Source of the DNA: an uncultured Bacteroides sp.
GTDB lineage: Bacteria > Bacteroidota > Bacteroidia > Bacteroidales > GCA-2748055
DNA: 64,000 bases
Assembly (NCBI GenBank): GCA_964604655.1
Contig: CAZRZY010000004.1
Span: 11,656 to 75,655, forward strand
Direction: 5' to 3'
Part shown: one piece after another, positions 37,458-47,226 of the stretch
Layout: each line of letters begins with the position of its first letter
How positions within the stretch are numbered: the first letter of the stretch is position 1
Made by a program: the position numbers and the translations under genes
The notes under the pieces: generated by a model
What the model was told of the DNA's origin: nothing
The model's input: only the letters and a program-made list of their open reading frames with translations
Database searches by the model: none

Positions 37458-39604
37458 TATTCAAGTTCAACGGTCTGCGGCAATCCGGTAATCAGAGATT
37501 CACGGATTTTAAAAGTAGTGAGAGTGGTCAGGCAAAGGGAACGGAAGCTGATGGGTATTTCTTCTCCCCTCTTCAGGGATTCGATAAAAGCAACCACCTC
37601 CTGTTTATGTCCCTTCCCTGAAGTTTTGATCTTTCTCTCCCGGCTGTCCCGGTAAAACAGACCGGCGTTGAAATTATCAATCACAAAAACCGATTCCCCT
37701 CCGAAAATCTCAAACCGCTCCTTGGGGAGCCCCTTATCACCATTGGCCGTGTAAACCAGGTTACCCACAGATCCATCACTGAATTTCACGGTGATGGCAA
37801 TATTGTCATCGTTCTTGATCTTATCACTTTGTGTATCAATACACTCGGCAAATACTTTAACCGGCTCTGCACCCGAAAAATACTGCATCAAATCGATGAA
37901 ATGGCAAATCTCCCCTACGATTCTTCCCCCGCCAGCATCTGTCTGGGTCCAGTGGTCCCTCGGTATGAATCCGGCATTGACCCGGAAATTCATCACCAGG
38001 GGTTCTCCTATACTTTGCATGGCCTCCCTGGCCTGTACACTGATGTCGGCAAACCGGCGGTTGAACCCGACCATCACGGCCGGGTTATCAGCCTCTTTGT
38101 AGGCCTTGATCACCTCCTCCAATTCATCCGGGTCCATTGCCAGCGGTTTCTCCACGAAAACCGCTTTGTTCTTTTTCAGGCTTTCAACGGTATACCTGGC
38201 ATGACTATCGTGCTGTGTGGCTATGAATACCGTATTGATCTCCTCTTTGTCAAGGATAACCGAAGGATCGGTCGATGCATGGGCAAATCCGAATTTCTCC
38301 GCCACATTTTTGGCATTCATACCGTTTCGGGTAACCACAACATCCATGGAGCCCAGTTCTTTTGCTGCTGGGAGCAGGTAGGACTGGGCAAAACTCCCCG
38401 CCCCGATGAATCCAATATTGATCGTTTCCTGCTTCAGCGGAGCCACTTCCACTGTCCCTTTCTGTTTCTCCTCCGATCCGGGATATTCCAGAAGGATACC
38501 GACGAAAGGCTCCTTCACTTTGCCCAGCACCAGGTCATACGCTTTGACCGCCTCATCGATGGGGAAGGTATGGGTGGTCAGCGGCTTGAGATGGATGGCC
38601 CGGCTGGCAATCAGCCCGAGAAAGGCTTCCATATTCCGTTGCTCGGTCCACCTCACATAACCATACGGATAATCGATCCCTTCCTCTTCATATTTAACAT
38701 CATACCTTCCGGGCCCGTACGAACACGACATTTTCAGCTGCAGCTCTTTGCGATAATAATCGGGATCCCTCGGCACGTCCATTTTTACCGCTCCGACCAC
38801 AACGACGATCCCCTTCTTCCTGAGGATCTGCCCTGAAAGTTCCACCGGATCATTGGTGGAACCTGCAGCCGTAATAATCACCGAGTCGAATCCAAAGCCA
38901 TTGGAAAAATTCTCAGCAGCTGTCAAAATATTGGTATCATTCCGCAGGATTGCCTGCGCCGATCCGGTCTCATTGGCAAGCTGGACCATCTCGGAGGAGA
39001 TGTCAATTCCAAACACATTGCACCCATTGGCTCTCAGAATCTGTGCCGTGATCTGGCCCAGAAGTCCAAGTCCGATCACACAAACGTTGTCACCCAGTTT
39101 CGGATCCGCCTGTCTCACCCCCTGCATGGCAATGGCCCCCAGGGTGGTATAACTGGCATCCTCCAGGTCCACTCCTTCCGGCACCTTGACCACCAGATTC
39201 TGCGGTACACATACCACTTCGGCATGGGAGGCATACCCTAGTCCGGCACAGGCCACCAGGTCTCCCGGCTGAAATTTCTGATCGTTATCCATGGAGGCAA
39301 GCACCACTCCTGCTGTGCTGTATCCCAATGCCTTGAGGGAATCAAGCTTGGTTTTCACCTTCTCCAGGGTAGCCTTGAAACCCTCCTTCTTATAGTTCTG
39401 AAGTACCTGTTTCACCAGGTCGGGTCTTTTCTTGGCCTTTCCGATCAGGGAAGCCTGTGCCGTACTTACGGTCGTTTTTTCCGTACCCGCACTGATCAGG
39501 GAAAAGCGGTTTGCGACCAGGACCATACCCTTGGTGAGGGCAGGTACGGGCAGATCGTCCACATATAGTTCTCCTGTCTTGAAGTTCTGTATGAGTTGTT
39601 TCAT
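37457..39604 (-). CDS. Bi-domain oxidoreductase: N-terminal MDR/alcohol-dehydrogenase-like domain fused to a C-terminal Gfo/Idh/MocA domain
   Basis: 715 aa. The N-terminal half has the MDR Rossmann motif VCVIGLGLLGQ. The C-terminal half has GFIGAGSFA..., the EKP motif VFVEKPLAM and GFNRRF. Confidence 0.8.
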   Translation of the reverse strand: MKQLIQNFKTGELYVDDLPVPALTKGMVLVANRFSLISAGTEKTTVSTAQASLIGKAKKRPDLVKQVLQNYKKEGFKATLEKVKTKLDSLKALGYSTAGVVLASMDNDQKFQPGDLVACAGLGYASHAEVVCVPQNLVVKVPEGVDLEDASYTTLGAIAMQGVRQADPKLGDNVCVIGLGLLGQITAQILRANGCNVFGIDISSEMVQLANETGSAQAILRNDTNILTAAENFSNGFGFDSVIITAAGSTNDPVELSGQILRKKGIVVVVGAVKMDVPRDPDYYRKELQLKMSCSYGPGRYDVKYEEEGIDYPYGYVRWTEQRNMEAFLGLIASRAIHLKPLTTHTFPIDEAVKAYDLVLGKVKEPFVGILLEYPGSEEKQKGTVEVAPLKQETINIGFIGAGSFAQSYLLPAAKELGSMDVVVTRNGMNAKNVAEKFGFAHASTDPSVILDKEEINTVFIATQHDSHARYTVESLKKNKAVFVEKPLAMDPDELEEVIKAYKEADNPAVMVGFNRRFADISVQAREAMQSIGEPLVMNFRVNAGFIPRDHWTQTDAGGGRIVGEICHFIDLMQYFSGAEPVKVFAECIDTQSDKIKNDDNIAITVKFSDGSVGNLVYTANGDKGLPKERFEIFGGESVFVIDNFNAGLFYRDSRERKIKTSGKGHKQEVVAFIESLKRGEEIPISFRSLCLTTLTTFKIRESLITGLPQTVELE

Positions 39605-40713
39605 TTATCAGGGGTTGTTGTGTGGTTATAAATATTCAAAAGTTGTTCCATTCGTTTTTCCCAGGTGTTCTCCCGGGCATATTCGATCCTTGCCCGTATA
39701 TCCCGGGGGGTGTTCTCCAGGTGCGCCCGTTCGATCAGTCCGGGAAAATCCTTCGGGCCGGCTGCCACGTAAAGGAACCCGGATGGCATGCTTACCTTTT
39801 GCAAACCCACCATATCGGCAATGACCACTGGTTTTCCGACGGCCAGGTACTGATACATTTTGCTGCCGGTTCCCACACCCACCTGATCGTCCTGGGTAAT
39901 CGCCTCACAGTAGGGTGCAATGGCCACATCGAACTCGTTGATGGCCTCATAGAGGCTCCTTCCCGTCAATGTGCCCTTACGCACCATCCGTTCGGAGTGT
40001 TTCAGTTTTTTGTTAAAAGCCTCCTCCACGGGCCCGATCACAACCAGTTGCATATGCTCCCGGGCGAGGACCTCATTCAGGGTATCGGACGAAATGCTGT
40101 AGTCACTGATGAAACCTACCAGACCCACTTTTATAGGTTTCTGGGTAGAAACATCCTGCCTGATCGCTATATGGAACTCATTCAGGTCAGGTCCGCCCAG
40201 CGGGATCTCATAGGAAAGCGGATTAAAAGCCTCCAGCTTCTTTTTCAGAAGAGGAGTGACCGATATGCAAAACCGGGCTCTGGCTGCGACCTCAGCTTCC
40301 ACCTTTTCATGATACCTGGAAATGACCCGCGGATTCAGCCTTTTGCTGATGGCGGCCAGGTTGTCGTTGTAATAGAAGATCACATCATCGAAATAGCGGT
40401 AGATCATCCTGGCAGTGAAATCGAAATTGATCACCCTTGCCTCCGGAACGTATTTCTTCAATTTCCTGAAAAGCCAGTGCTGATAAAGCTCGTTGATCAA
40501 AGGGATCCGGTACCGAATCTTGTTCCCGACGGGAAAGAACGGCTGGACGACGGTGATCTCCTTCTTATCGGGGAAATGCCTTACCTGCGGCAAGCCCGGT
40601 TTGTTGGCTGCCACAAAAAACACCCGGTTCTTCTTCGCCAGTGCAAATGCCACCTGGTGCCTTGCTCTTGGCGGTTCATCCCAATGAGAATATGTATTGA
40701 TAATAAAACTCAT
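39601..40713 (-). CDS. Glycosyltransferase, GT-B fold (GT4/TuaH-like)
   Basis: 370 aa. The C-terminal half has a GT-B donor-binding pattern (VGLVGF...., P....T....GTGSKMYQYLA.GKPVV). There are 4-nt start/stop overlaps with both neighbours. Confidence 0.7.
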   Translation of the reverse strand: MSFIINTYSHWDEPPRARHQVAFALAKKNRVFFVAANKPGLPQVRHFPDKKEITVVQPFFPVGNKIRYRIPLINELYQHWLFRKLKKYVPEARVINFDFTARMIYRYFDDVIFYYNDNLAAISKRLNPRVISRYHEKVEAEVAARARFCISVTPLLKKKLEAFNPLSYEIPLGGPDLNEFHIAIRQDVSTQKPIKVGLVGFISDYSISSDTLNEVLAREHMQLVVIGPVEEAFNKKLKHSERMVRKGTLTGRSLYEAINEFDVAIAPYCEAITQDDQVGVGTGSKMYQYLAVGKPVVIADMVGLQKVSMPSGFLYVAAGPKDFPGLIERAHLENTPRDIRARIEYARENTWEKRMEQLLNIYNHTTTPDK

Positions 40714-41738
40714 CTATGATGCAATGGAATGGAATGGATTCGATCCATTAACCATTTCGAAAACTGCGACCAGTCATTCTCCCTGATAAACCGGTCAATC
40801 TGTTTGGATAAATCTCTTTCAGCACTAAGAAAGTTATCGAGATGGCGGATCAAATCGTCAAAATCCTTGTAGGTGTGGATCAATCCCTCCTCCTGAACAT
40901 CTCTGAAGGCTCCCACATGGGGTGCAATAATGTTGAGTTCGTAGGCGAGGGATTCCATCAGGGCCCCGGAGCTTAATACGCTCTCTTCCGAATAAGTAAA
41001 CAGTACTGCTCTGGAAGATGCCATAAACTCTTCCAGTTCCTCCTGTGGAATAAATCTGTTATCCAGATGGATGTGATCATTACAGTATTGATTGATCTCC
41101 ACTTCATAGTCCGCAGGTTTGATTTTGCCCGCCAGCAGAATTTGATACTTCGATTCCAATTCTCTTTCATGAAGGAACCGGAGAAAAGTATCGATGCCTT
41201 TGTAGGGGATAATGGAGCCCCATATCAGGATATCATATTTTTTACATTCTAATGCAGGAAGTTCCTTTTTTTCTAGTGGGTGTACAAAATACCCAGCCTT
41301 TGAAACGACGTCCACCCCTCTATTTTTCAGGTACCTGATACCCTCCTTGGAATGAGTGACGATCAGATCGCTTCGCTTTAGCACCAGATTAAACAGGAAC
41401 CCTTTTAGAACCCTTTTTGAACGGTAATGAGACTGCTTATTATGAAGAACATAGATAATTTTTTTGCCCCATAATTTCACCAGATAGACAAGAAATACGA
41501 AAAAAAGTCCCTGGACCAATCCTCCGCGTTTATCCGGAAGGTCTTCGATCCAATTCAGGAATAGAAGATTCGTGTTTTTAAAATATAAAATGTAGTCAAT
41601 GATCCCTTTCTTTGAAGGTCTATGCCTGTTTACAAAGGTAATCTGACCTTCCAGACAATCCATGAAAGACTCAATATACTCATTGGGTGAGTCTTGATCA
41701 ATAAATGAGGAAATCGGGTATAGATAGGCCTTCATCAT
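40710..41738 (-). CDS. Glycosyltransferase, GT-B fold (family 1/4-like)
   Basis: 342 aa. ILIWGSIIPYKGID.FL and E....SGALMESLA....IIAP.VGAF correspond to the E-x7-E-type region. Confidence 0.7.
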   Translation of the reverse strand: MMKAYLYPISSFIDQDSPNEYIESFMDCLEGQITFVNRHRPSKKGIIDYILYFKNTNLLFLNWIEDLPDKRGGLVQGLFFVFLVYLVKLWGKKIIYVLHNKQSHYRSKRVLKGFLFNLVLKRSDLIVTHSKEGIRYLKNRGVDVVSKAGYFVHPLEKKELPALECKKYDILIWGSIIPYKGIDTFLRFLHERELESKYQILLAGKIKPADYEVEINQYCNDHIHLDNRFIPQEELEEFMASSRAVLFTYSEESVLSSGALMESLAYELNIIAPHVGAFRDVQEEGLIHTYKDFDDLIRHLDNFLSAERDLSKQIDRFIRENDWSQFSKWLMDRIHSIPLHHR

Positions 41739-41739
41739 T

Positions 41740-42633
41740 TCATTCGGTCTTCTTATATCTCATTGGTTTTAATAATTTCCACTTGATGAAACCTCCAAAC
41801 AGCTTTGTATAAAACCATATCAAAGGGCCATATGCAAAGGGAGATTCTGCATATCGTTTGTAAAAGAGGAAATTTTTGCTCCAGTTAGTCTTTGAACGGA
41901 TATCCCTCATCATTCTTAACAGCGTACTGAAATTACCTTGATGTTCCATCCCTGAATTTTCTACATGATTATAGATTTTCAGGGAGGGAAATACCTTTAC
42001 CTGGAAACCTGAAAGTTTCGCCCTGTATGTGAAATCAGTATCTCCGAAGTATTGCGGGAATCTCTTACTATCCCAGTATCCGATACTCTCAATAACCTCC
42101 CGGGGTACGACGGTTCCCATACCGGTGAGCAGGTCAACCTCCCGTTCCTGTTTGAATTCGGGTGAATCCGGTTGGAAATAACCATACATCCCTATTCTGC
42201 CGCTCCGGGGGTTGAAGTATCCTCCGGCAGACCAAACCATGTTGGAATCACCCTCCACAAATACCTTCGAACCGATAACCACTGGATCTTCCATCCTGGA
42301 AATAATCCTGACCAGTTCTTTAAAATAGTCCGGTGCTGTCTTGATATCGTTATTCCAGAGCACAATATAATCAACAGATCTTTGCCCGATAGCATGGATC
42401 GCTCCCACATTGATCGCTCCGCTCCACCAAAGATTACCATCTCCTTCCAGCAGAATTACTTCCGGATAATTGTCCCGAATCCATTGAGCGGTGCCATCTA
42501 CCGAACCGTCATCTATGACTATTACAGAAAAATCTGCATCCTTAATATCTTGCAAATGGACAGTCAGATCTTTCAGAGTCTCTTTGGTATAATCCAGGTG
42601 ATTATGTACGGGTATAAGAATGGCAAATTTCAT
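41740..42633 (-). CDS. Glycosyltransferase family 2
   Basis: FAILIPVHNHLDYTKETL..L.....D....IVIDDGSVDGT is the GT-A fold N-terminal signature, with a later DxD-like region. Confidence 0.8.
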   Translation of the reverse strand: MKFAILIPVHNHLDYTKETLKDLTVHLQDIKDADFSVIVIDDGSVDGTAQWIRDNYPEVILLEGDGNLWWSGAINVGAIHAIGQRSVDYIVLWNNDIKTAPDYFKELVRIISRMEDPVVIGSKVFVEGDSNMVWSAGGYFNPRSGRIGMYGYFQPDSPEFKQEREVDLLTGMGTVVPREVIESIGYWDSKRFPQYFGDTDFTYRAKLSGFQVKVFPSLKIYNHVENSGMEHQGNFSTLLRMMRDIRSKTNWSKNFLFYKRYAESPFAYGPLIWFYTKLFGGFIKWKLLKPMRYKKTE

Positions 42634-42639
42634 AGATTC

Positions 42640-43572
42640 CTAGCTTTTCAGACTCCTGATCCTGTATATAATTCCAGGACCGAAGACAAGGATCATCCAT
42701 GCCTTCACATAGAGCCTGAAGTAGGCGGTCCTGGTTGAGAGCATTAACCAAATCATTTTCAACGTCTTCCATCGAATATTCTTAGGAGGATGATCGAGCA
42801 ATGGTACAACCAATGACTTGGTGAGATGTCTTTTGAGGGAAAGAAACCCTTTCTTTCCAAGCTTCCGTATCACTTCATTTCTCCACTTATCTATAAACAG
42901 ACCGTATCCCACGTATCTCTTTTCAAAGTTGTTTACATACTGGTCGCCTATCTGTTCATATTTTATAATCACCGGAGCCTCTACATAATCAAATTCATGT
43001 TTTTCGGAGATCCGCATCCACAGATCAAGGTCAACAAAAGTGACAAGTTTCTCATCGAACCCTTCCACGCTCTCTAGCGCTCTTTTTCTAACCAGGAACA
43101 GAGAAGGAGTAGGAGGACAAAATCCCTGAAGGAATTTATCATGAATCTGTCCTCTGTAGTACCCCTTGTCACTTAATATAGTTTCATTCCTGATCACATC
43201 CGTTTGATAGGTAAATCCGTATATAGCCCCTAACCGGTCAGAACCTTTTTCAAAAAGTTCCAGCTGTCTCTCCAGCTTGTCGGGCAGCCACTCATCATCC
43301 GAGTCGAGAAATGCAATGAATTCTCCATTTGCCTTGGTGGCACCGTAGTTTCTTGCAATACATTGTCCTCCATTTTTGTCCAGCCTGAAATAGCGGAGCT
43401 GCGGATGATCCAGGTCCCGTATCACCTGCTCCGTGTTGTCGGTGGAGGCATCGTCGATGATCAGGACCTCAAAATCCTGAAAGGTCTGCCTGAATATACT
43501 GTCAAGTGCCTTTAAAATGAGTTTCTCCCTGTTATAGGTCGGTATAATAACACTCACCCTGGGGTTTTCCAT
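42640..43572 (-). CDS. Glycosyltransferase family 2
   Basis: VSVIIPTYNREKLILKALDSIFRQTFQDFEVLIIDDASTDNT and FLDSDDEW are the classic GT2 motifs. Confidence 0.85.
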   Translation of the reverse strand: MENPRVSVIIPTYNREKLILKALDSIFRQTFQDFEVLIIDDASTDNTEQVIRDLDHPQLRYFRLDKNGGQCIARNYGATKANGEFIAFLDSDDEWLPDKLERQLELFEKGSDRLGAIYGFTYQTDVIRNETILSDKGYYRGQIHDKFLQGFCPPTPSLFLVRKRALESVEGFDEKLVTFVDLDLWMRISEKHEFDYVEAPVIIKYEQIGDQYVNNFEKRYVGYGLFIDKWRNEVIRKLGKKGFLSLKRHLTKSLVVPLLDHPPKNIRWKTLKMIWLMLSTRTAYFRLYVKAWMILVFGPGIIYRIRSLKS

Positions 43573-43574
43573 GG

Positions 43575-44801
43575 CTAAACTGATTTAAATTGTATTACGT
43601 TTCTCTTTGCCCTGTCCACATCAAAGATATAGAGAATGAGGAGGATCAGGATATCCACTCCCCCAAGTATCCCGTAGCCGGTGAGCAGGGTAAAGCACTG
43701 CATCCCGATATAATATTTAAGATACCTGTACTCCGGGCTTACCTTGAAGAACAACGACTTGGCGATCATGTATAGCCCTGCCACAACAAAAATAATCCCA
43801 TATTTGACATAATCACCGATCACTCCGATGTCGGAGATAAAAAAACGGTAGCGGTGTGCATACAGCTCCATTTTTTGATTAAATATGCTTCCCGGACCGC
43901 TGTTTCCGTTCCCGAATATATAAGACCAGGTATCGGGCTGGAACCTGGTCAGGAAGAAACGGGCCGCCCTTAAACGGATCCCTCCTGAAAGGCCGCTCAT
44001 CTGTGAACTGGATACCCTGGTAAGTTCGATAAAAATCTCCCGGAACATAAAAAAAACTGCCACCGATGCCAGAGAAAGTAATGCGATCTTGATCACCCTG
44101 CCCCTGACCTGGACGGAGAAAAAAAGACTCACCAGCGTCAGAAATACCAGTGCGGCCAAAAGTTGCCGGGTACCCTGCAGCACGAAAACACTCAAAGTAA
44201 CCAGAGCCATGATCAGATCCCCCAGGCTGTTCTTCTTGAGAAAGCGGTGGAGGAAATAGAAATAGGCCATCTGGGTGCATAGCAGCCCGGCCACAAAAAG
44301 CCGGATGGTACCCCTCGCTTTCATGATAAATATGTCCATAATGATCTTTGGGTAAAGAGTATACTGTATGTAATACAGTAATACCGCAAATAGCCCGATA
44401 AGAAGGAGCATACGGATCACGAACTTAACTTCGACCTTGTATACATGGACAAAGAAATAGAGCAGGTAGAACCAGATCACCCGGTTGGCATACGCCGAGA
44501 TCATAAAAGATTGGTTATGATAGGACTGGGCTACAAAATAGCTGGGGATGGCCCCCAGTATAAGTATGATCACCGGTCCTGCAAAATTCATGGGAATCAA
44601 TTTCTCCGGCTGATAGATCCGGCGAAGTACGATCAGAACAAACATGATCCCGCAGGCTGCCACCTGTATAAGGTTCCTGGCCGCACTTGGTATTGCCATG
44701 AACTTGAAAAACTCAAAATAAGCCAGCACCACGAAAAGAGTCACTCCGTTCCCGATAAGGCGGTCGAATTGCCGGAATATGTCCCTGGAAGGTGAAATCA
44801 T
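43575..44801 (-). CDS. wzy: O-antigen/repeat-unit polymerase-like polytopic membrane protein (Wzy candidate)
   Basis: 408 aa with about 10 or more hydrophobic helices and one larger polar loop (SSSQMSGLSGGIRLRAARFF). Wzy proteins have weak sequence conservation, so the call is mainly positional: the gene sits between glycosyltransferases and wzx. Confidence 0.55.
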   Translation of the reverse strand: MISPSRDIFRQFDRLIGNGVTLFVVLAYFEFFKFMAIPSAARNLIQVAACGIMFVLIVLRRIYQPEKLIPMNFAGPVIILILGAIPSYFVAQSYHNQSFMISAYANRVIWFYLLYFFVHVYKVEVKFVIRMLLLIGLFAVLLYYIQYTLYPKIIMDIFIMKARGTIRLFVAGLLCTQMAYFYFLHRFLKKNSLGDLIMALVTLSVFVLQGTRQLLAALVFLTLVSLFFSVQVRGRVIKIALLSLASVAVFFMFREIFIELTRVSSSQMSGLSGGIRLRAARFFLTRFQPDTWSYIFGNGNSGPGSIFNQKMELYAHRYRFFISDIGVIGDYVKYGIIFVVAGLYMIAKSLFFKVSPEYRYLKYYIGMQCFTLLTGYGILGGVDILILLILYIFDVDRAKRNVIQFKSV

Positions 44802-44802
44802 T

Positions 44803-46236
44803 CTAAACCGATGGCTTTTTGAGCAGCTTTCCTTTTAACAGGGCATAGATCTTCACCATGTCCTTACCCTGATAGACCAATGTATCGAGAAGAAATAACA
44901 AAAGGATTCCAGAGGTGATTAGAGGATTCCCAAACCAGATGGAGAAGATCAGGCCTGCGGTCAGCACCACCTTGGGTCCCCAGAACTTGAAGATCTGCCT
45001 GGAAGTGAATCCCAGGATCCGGTAATGTCCGAAGTAGAGGCTTATCGGGGTCTGGATTAATACAAAGATCAGGGAATAAAAACGCAGAATATGGAGGGCC
45101 GAGAAGAAGGCTCCCACCACAATTCCCACCACCAGGATCAAAGAAAGAGGAATTCCCAGGGTAAGGTAGGCGCGCTCGTTCTTTTCGATCATGTAGAGAT
45201 CCATAGCGGCGATGGTCATGGTCTGCAGCGGTATGATAGCGCCGATATAGGGCATGAACTCGGCTACCCCGACCCAGTCCTGTCCCCAGAGTATAACAGT
45301 GATCGGCCGGGCCAGAAGGATCAGAGGAATGGAGATGGCCAGGTTGATGAAATTGACCATCCCGATAATGTCCAGGAAGTGCGAGCGGTAGTCCTCCCCC
45401 TGCTTTTTCGCATCATTCAGGCTGGGGAACAGCACCGGTCCCAGTACCGTATTAATCAGTCTGCGGGCCATGTAGAGGAACTTATAGGACCTGTCGTAGA
45501 GGCCCAGGCTCGCTTCTCCATAGAATTTACCGACAGCAAAATTATCTGCGTTCCGTGCAAAATAATTAATGAAGTTGAAGATGGAAATGCTTTCCAGCAG
45601 GCTGCGGACCTTCCTGAATCCGAATTTGGTCATTTTCCAGTTATAAAAGTGGAAGCCGAAGCGGGCTTTACGTTCATACATGACATAGCGCAGCACCGGC
45701 TGAAATACCATGGGGACGATCAGCGACCAGTACGAGAAACCCATTACCGCCATGATGATCATGGCAGTAATAGTGCTGATCACCACGATGAAATTAGTAA
45801 ACCCCACATATTTAAACTGGAACTTCTTTTCCAGGATTGCCAGGGGTACGATAGTGAAGGACTGACTGATGAACTGGACAGAGATCACGATGGTGGGCCA
45901 GAACAGGTCGGGGTTTCCGTAAATTAGCGTGATGGGATAGGCCATGAGCGCCATCATCAATGCCAGCACAACCCCGATCCAGACCGACAGGTTGAAAACC
46001 ACTTTCTGGTACTTCAGTCCGTAATCGCTCCTGATTATTGCATAGGAGAGGCCGGTATTGGAGAAGAGCATGATAAAGCCGCTGAAGACAAAGATCAGCG
46101 CCACGAATCCATACTCCTCCGGTCCCAGGAACCTGGAGAGAATAATAGTCGACACCAGGGAGTCGAAAAACCAGGAAAGATAACTGTACCCTCCGAAAAC
46201 CGCCACATTCTTCAAGAACTTCTCTTTGAATCCCAT
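44803..46236 (-). CDS. wzx: Oligosaccharide flippase (MOP/Wzx family)
   Basis: 477 aa and polytopic. The N-terminus (..FGGYSYLSWFFDSLVSTIILSRFLGPEEYG) and overall architecture are typical of polysaccharide-biosynthesis Wzx proteins. Confidence 0.75.
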   Translation of the reverse strand: MGFKEKFLKNVAVFGGYSYLSWFFDSLVSTIILSRFLGPEEYGFVALIFVFSGFIMLFSNTGLSYAIIRSDYGLKYQKVVFNLSVWIGVVLALMMALMAYPITLIYGNPDLFWPTIVISVQFISQSFTIVPLAILEKKFQFKYVGFTNFIVVISTITAMIIMAVMGFSYWSLIVPMVFQPVLRYVMYERKARFGFHFYNWKMTKFGFRKVRSLLESISIFNFINYFARNADNFAVGKFYGEASLGLYDRSYKFLYMARRLINTVLGPVLFPSLNDAKKQGEDYRSHFLDIIGMVNFINLAISIPLILLARPITVILWGQDWVGVAEFMPYIGAIIPLQTMTIAAMDLYMIEKNERAYLTLGIPLSLILVVGIVVGAFFSALHILRFYSLIFVLIQTPISLYFGHYRILGFTSRQIFKFWGPKVVLTAGLIFSIWFGNPLITSGILLLFLLDTLVYQGKDMVKIYALLKGKLLKKPSV

Positions 46237-46251
46237 TCCAGATCCCCTCGT

Positions 46252-47226
46252 TTAAACGGTGAACTGATTTTTTATCTTCTCCCACACCCTGATGGCCAGC
46301 TGGGATACCTTATTATAGACCAGTATTCCCAGCAGGAATTCATGGAGCCTGAACCTTCTTACTATATATTTCTTGTGCCAGCGTATCGTTTCCCTGTCAA
46401 ATTTCAATCGGCGGAAAAAGAGAAATGAGGCATATTTTAACCGGGTATCCCGGTATCTTCTGTTCAGTTCAGGATCAATTCCCTTATATTTCCAGAGAAC
46501 CTTCTCATTGAGTTGTAAAAGGGTATTGAAACGAAACACTTCAGTGGTGGTGGCCGCCTTTTCATGCCGGCGGGTATAACTCAGAACCTGGAATGCAAAG
46601 CCCACATCGGCAATATCCATCATCTCATAAACCAGTTCGGTATCCTCGTGGTAAGCCTCCTTGTCAAAGACCACCGGGTACCTGGGAATCTTTTTCATCT
46701 GTTCGATGGAGAAGAGAATGGTAGTGTTTGATCCCGACACATCGATCTTGCGTGTCAGCTGGTCATGAAGCATCTTCTTGCCGTTGTAAACATTCCCCTC
46801 CCAGATATTGAGTCCGTCCATATCCACACGGCGGTCGTTCAACCGGTAGGAGGAGCAAAGTCCCACGTTAGGGTACTCCACCATGACCGCCACCATCTTC
46901 TCCAGGCTTTCAGGGAAGAGCCAGTCGTCGGCTCCCAGAACCTTCAGGTAAGCTGAACCAAGACTGATCCTGCTGCAGGCCATGTTCCAATTATCGACCA
47001 TTTTCAGGAACTCCTTATTATTGAAGACCTTAAACCGGCTGTCGCGGGCGGCAAACCGTTCGGCCACCTCCAGGGTGCCGTCGGTACTGTGGTTGTTGTT
47101 CACCACACACTCCCAGTTCTGATAGGTCTGGTTCAACACTCCTTCCAGGCATTTCTCGAAGTAGATCCCGCCGTTATAGACCGGAATCACCACACTGACC
47201 AAGGGATTCGTCTCTGTAGCACTCAT
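46252..47226 (-). CDS. Glycosyltransferase family 2
   Basis: VSVVIPVYNGGIYFEKCLEGVLNQTYQNWECVVNNNHSTDGT and LGADDW are GT2 motifs. Confidence 0.85.
   Translation of the reverse strand: MSATETNPLVSVVIPVYNGGIYFEKCLEGVLNQTYQNWECVVNNNHSTDGTLEVAERFAARDSRFKVFNNKEFLKMVDNWNMACSRISLGSAYLKVLGADDWLFPESLEKMVAVMVEYPNVGLCSSYRLNDRRVDMDGLNIWEGNVYNGKKMLHDQLTRKIDVSGSNTTILFSIEQMKKIPRYPVVFDKEAYHEDTELVYEMMDIADVGFAFQVLSYTRRHEKAATTTEVFRFNTLLQLNEKVLWKYKGIDPELNRRYRDTRLKYASFLFFRRLKFDRETIRWHKKYIVRRFRLHEFLLGILVYNKVSQLAIRVWEKIKNQFTV

Noticed and set aside
39622-40719. 365-aa plus-strand ORF spanning the full length of the glycosyltransferase gene 39601..40713
   Set aside because: The minus-strand product has GT-B motifs and 4-nt translational coupling to both neighbours. 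The plus-strand product has none. This is a typical shadow ORF in a gene that lacks antisense stop codons.
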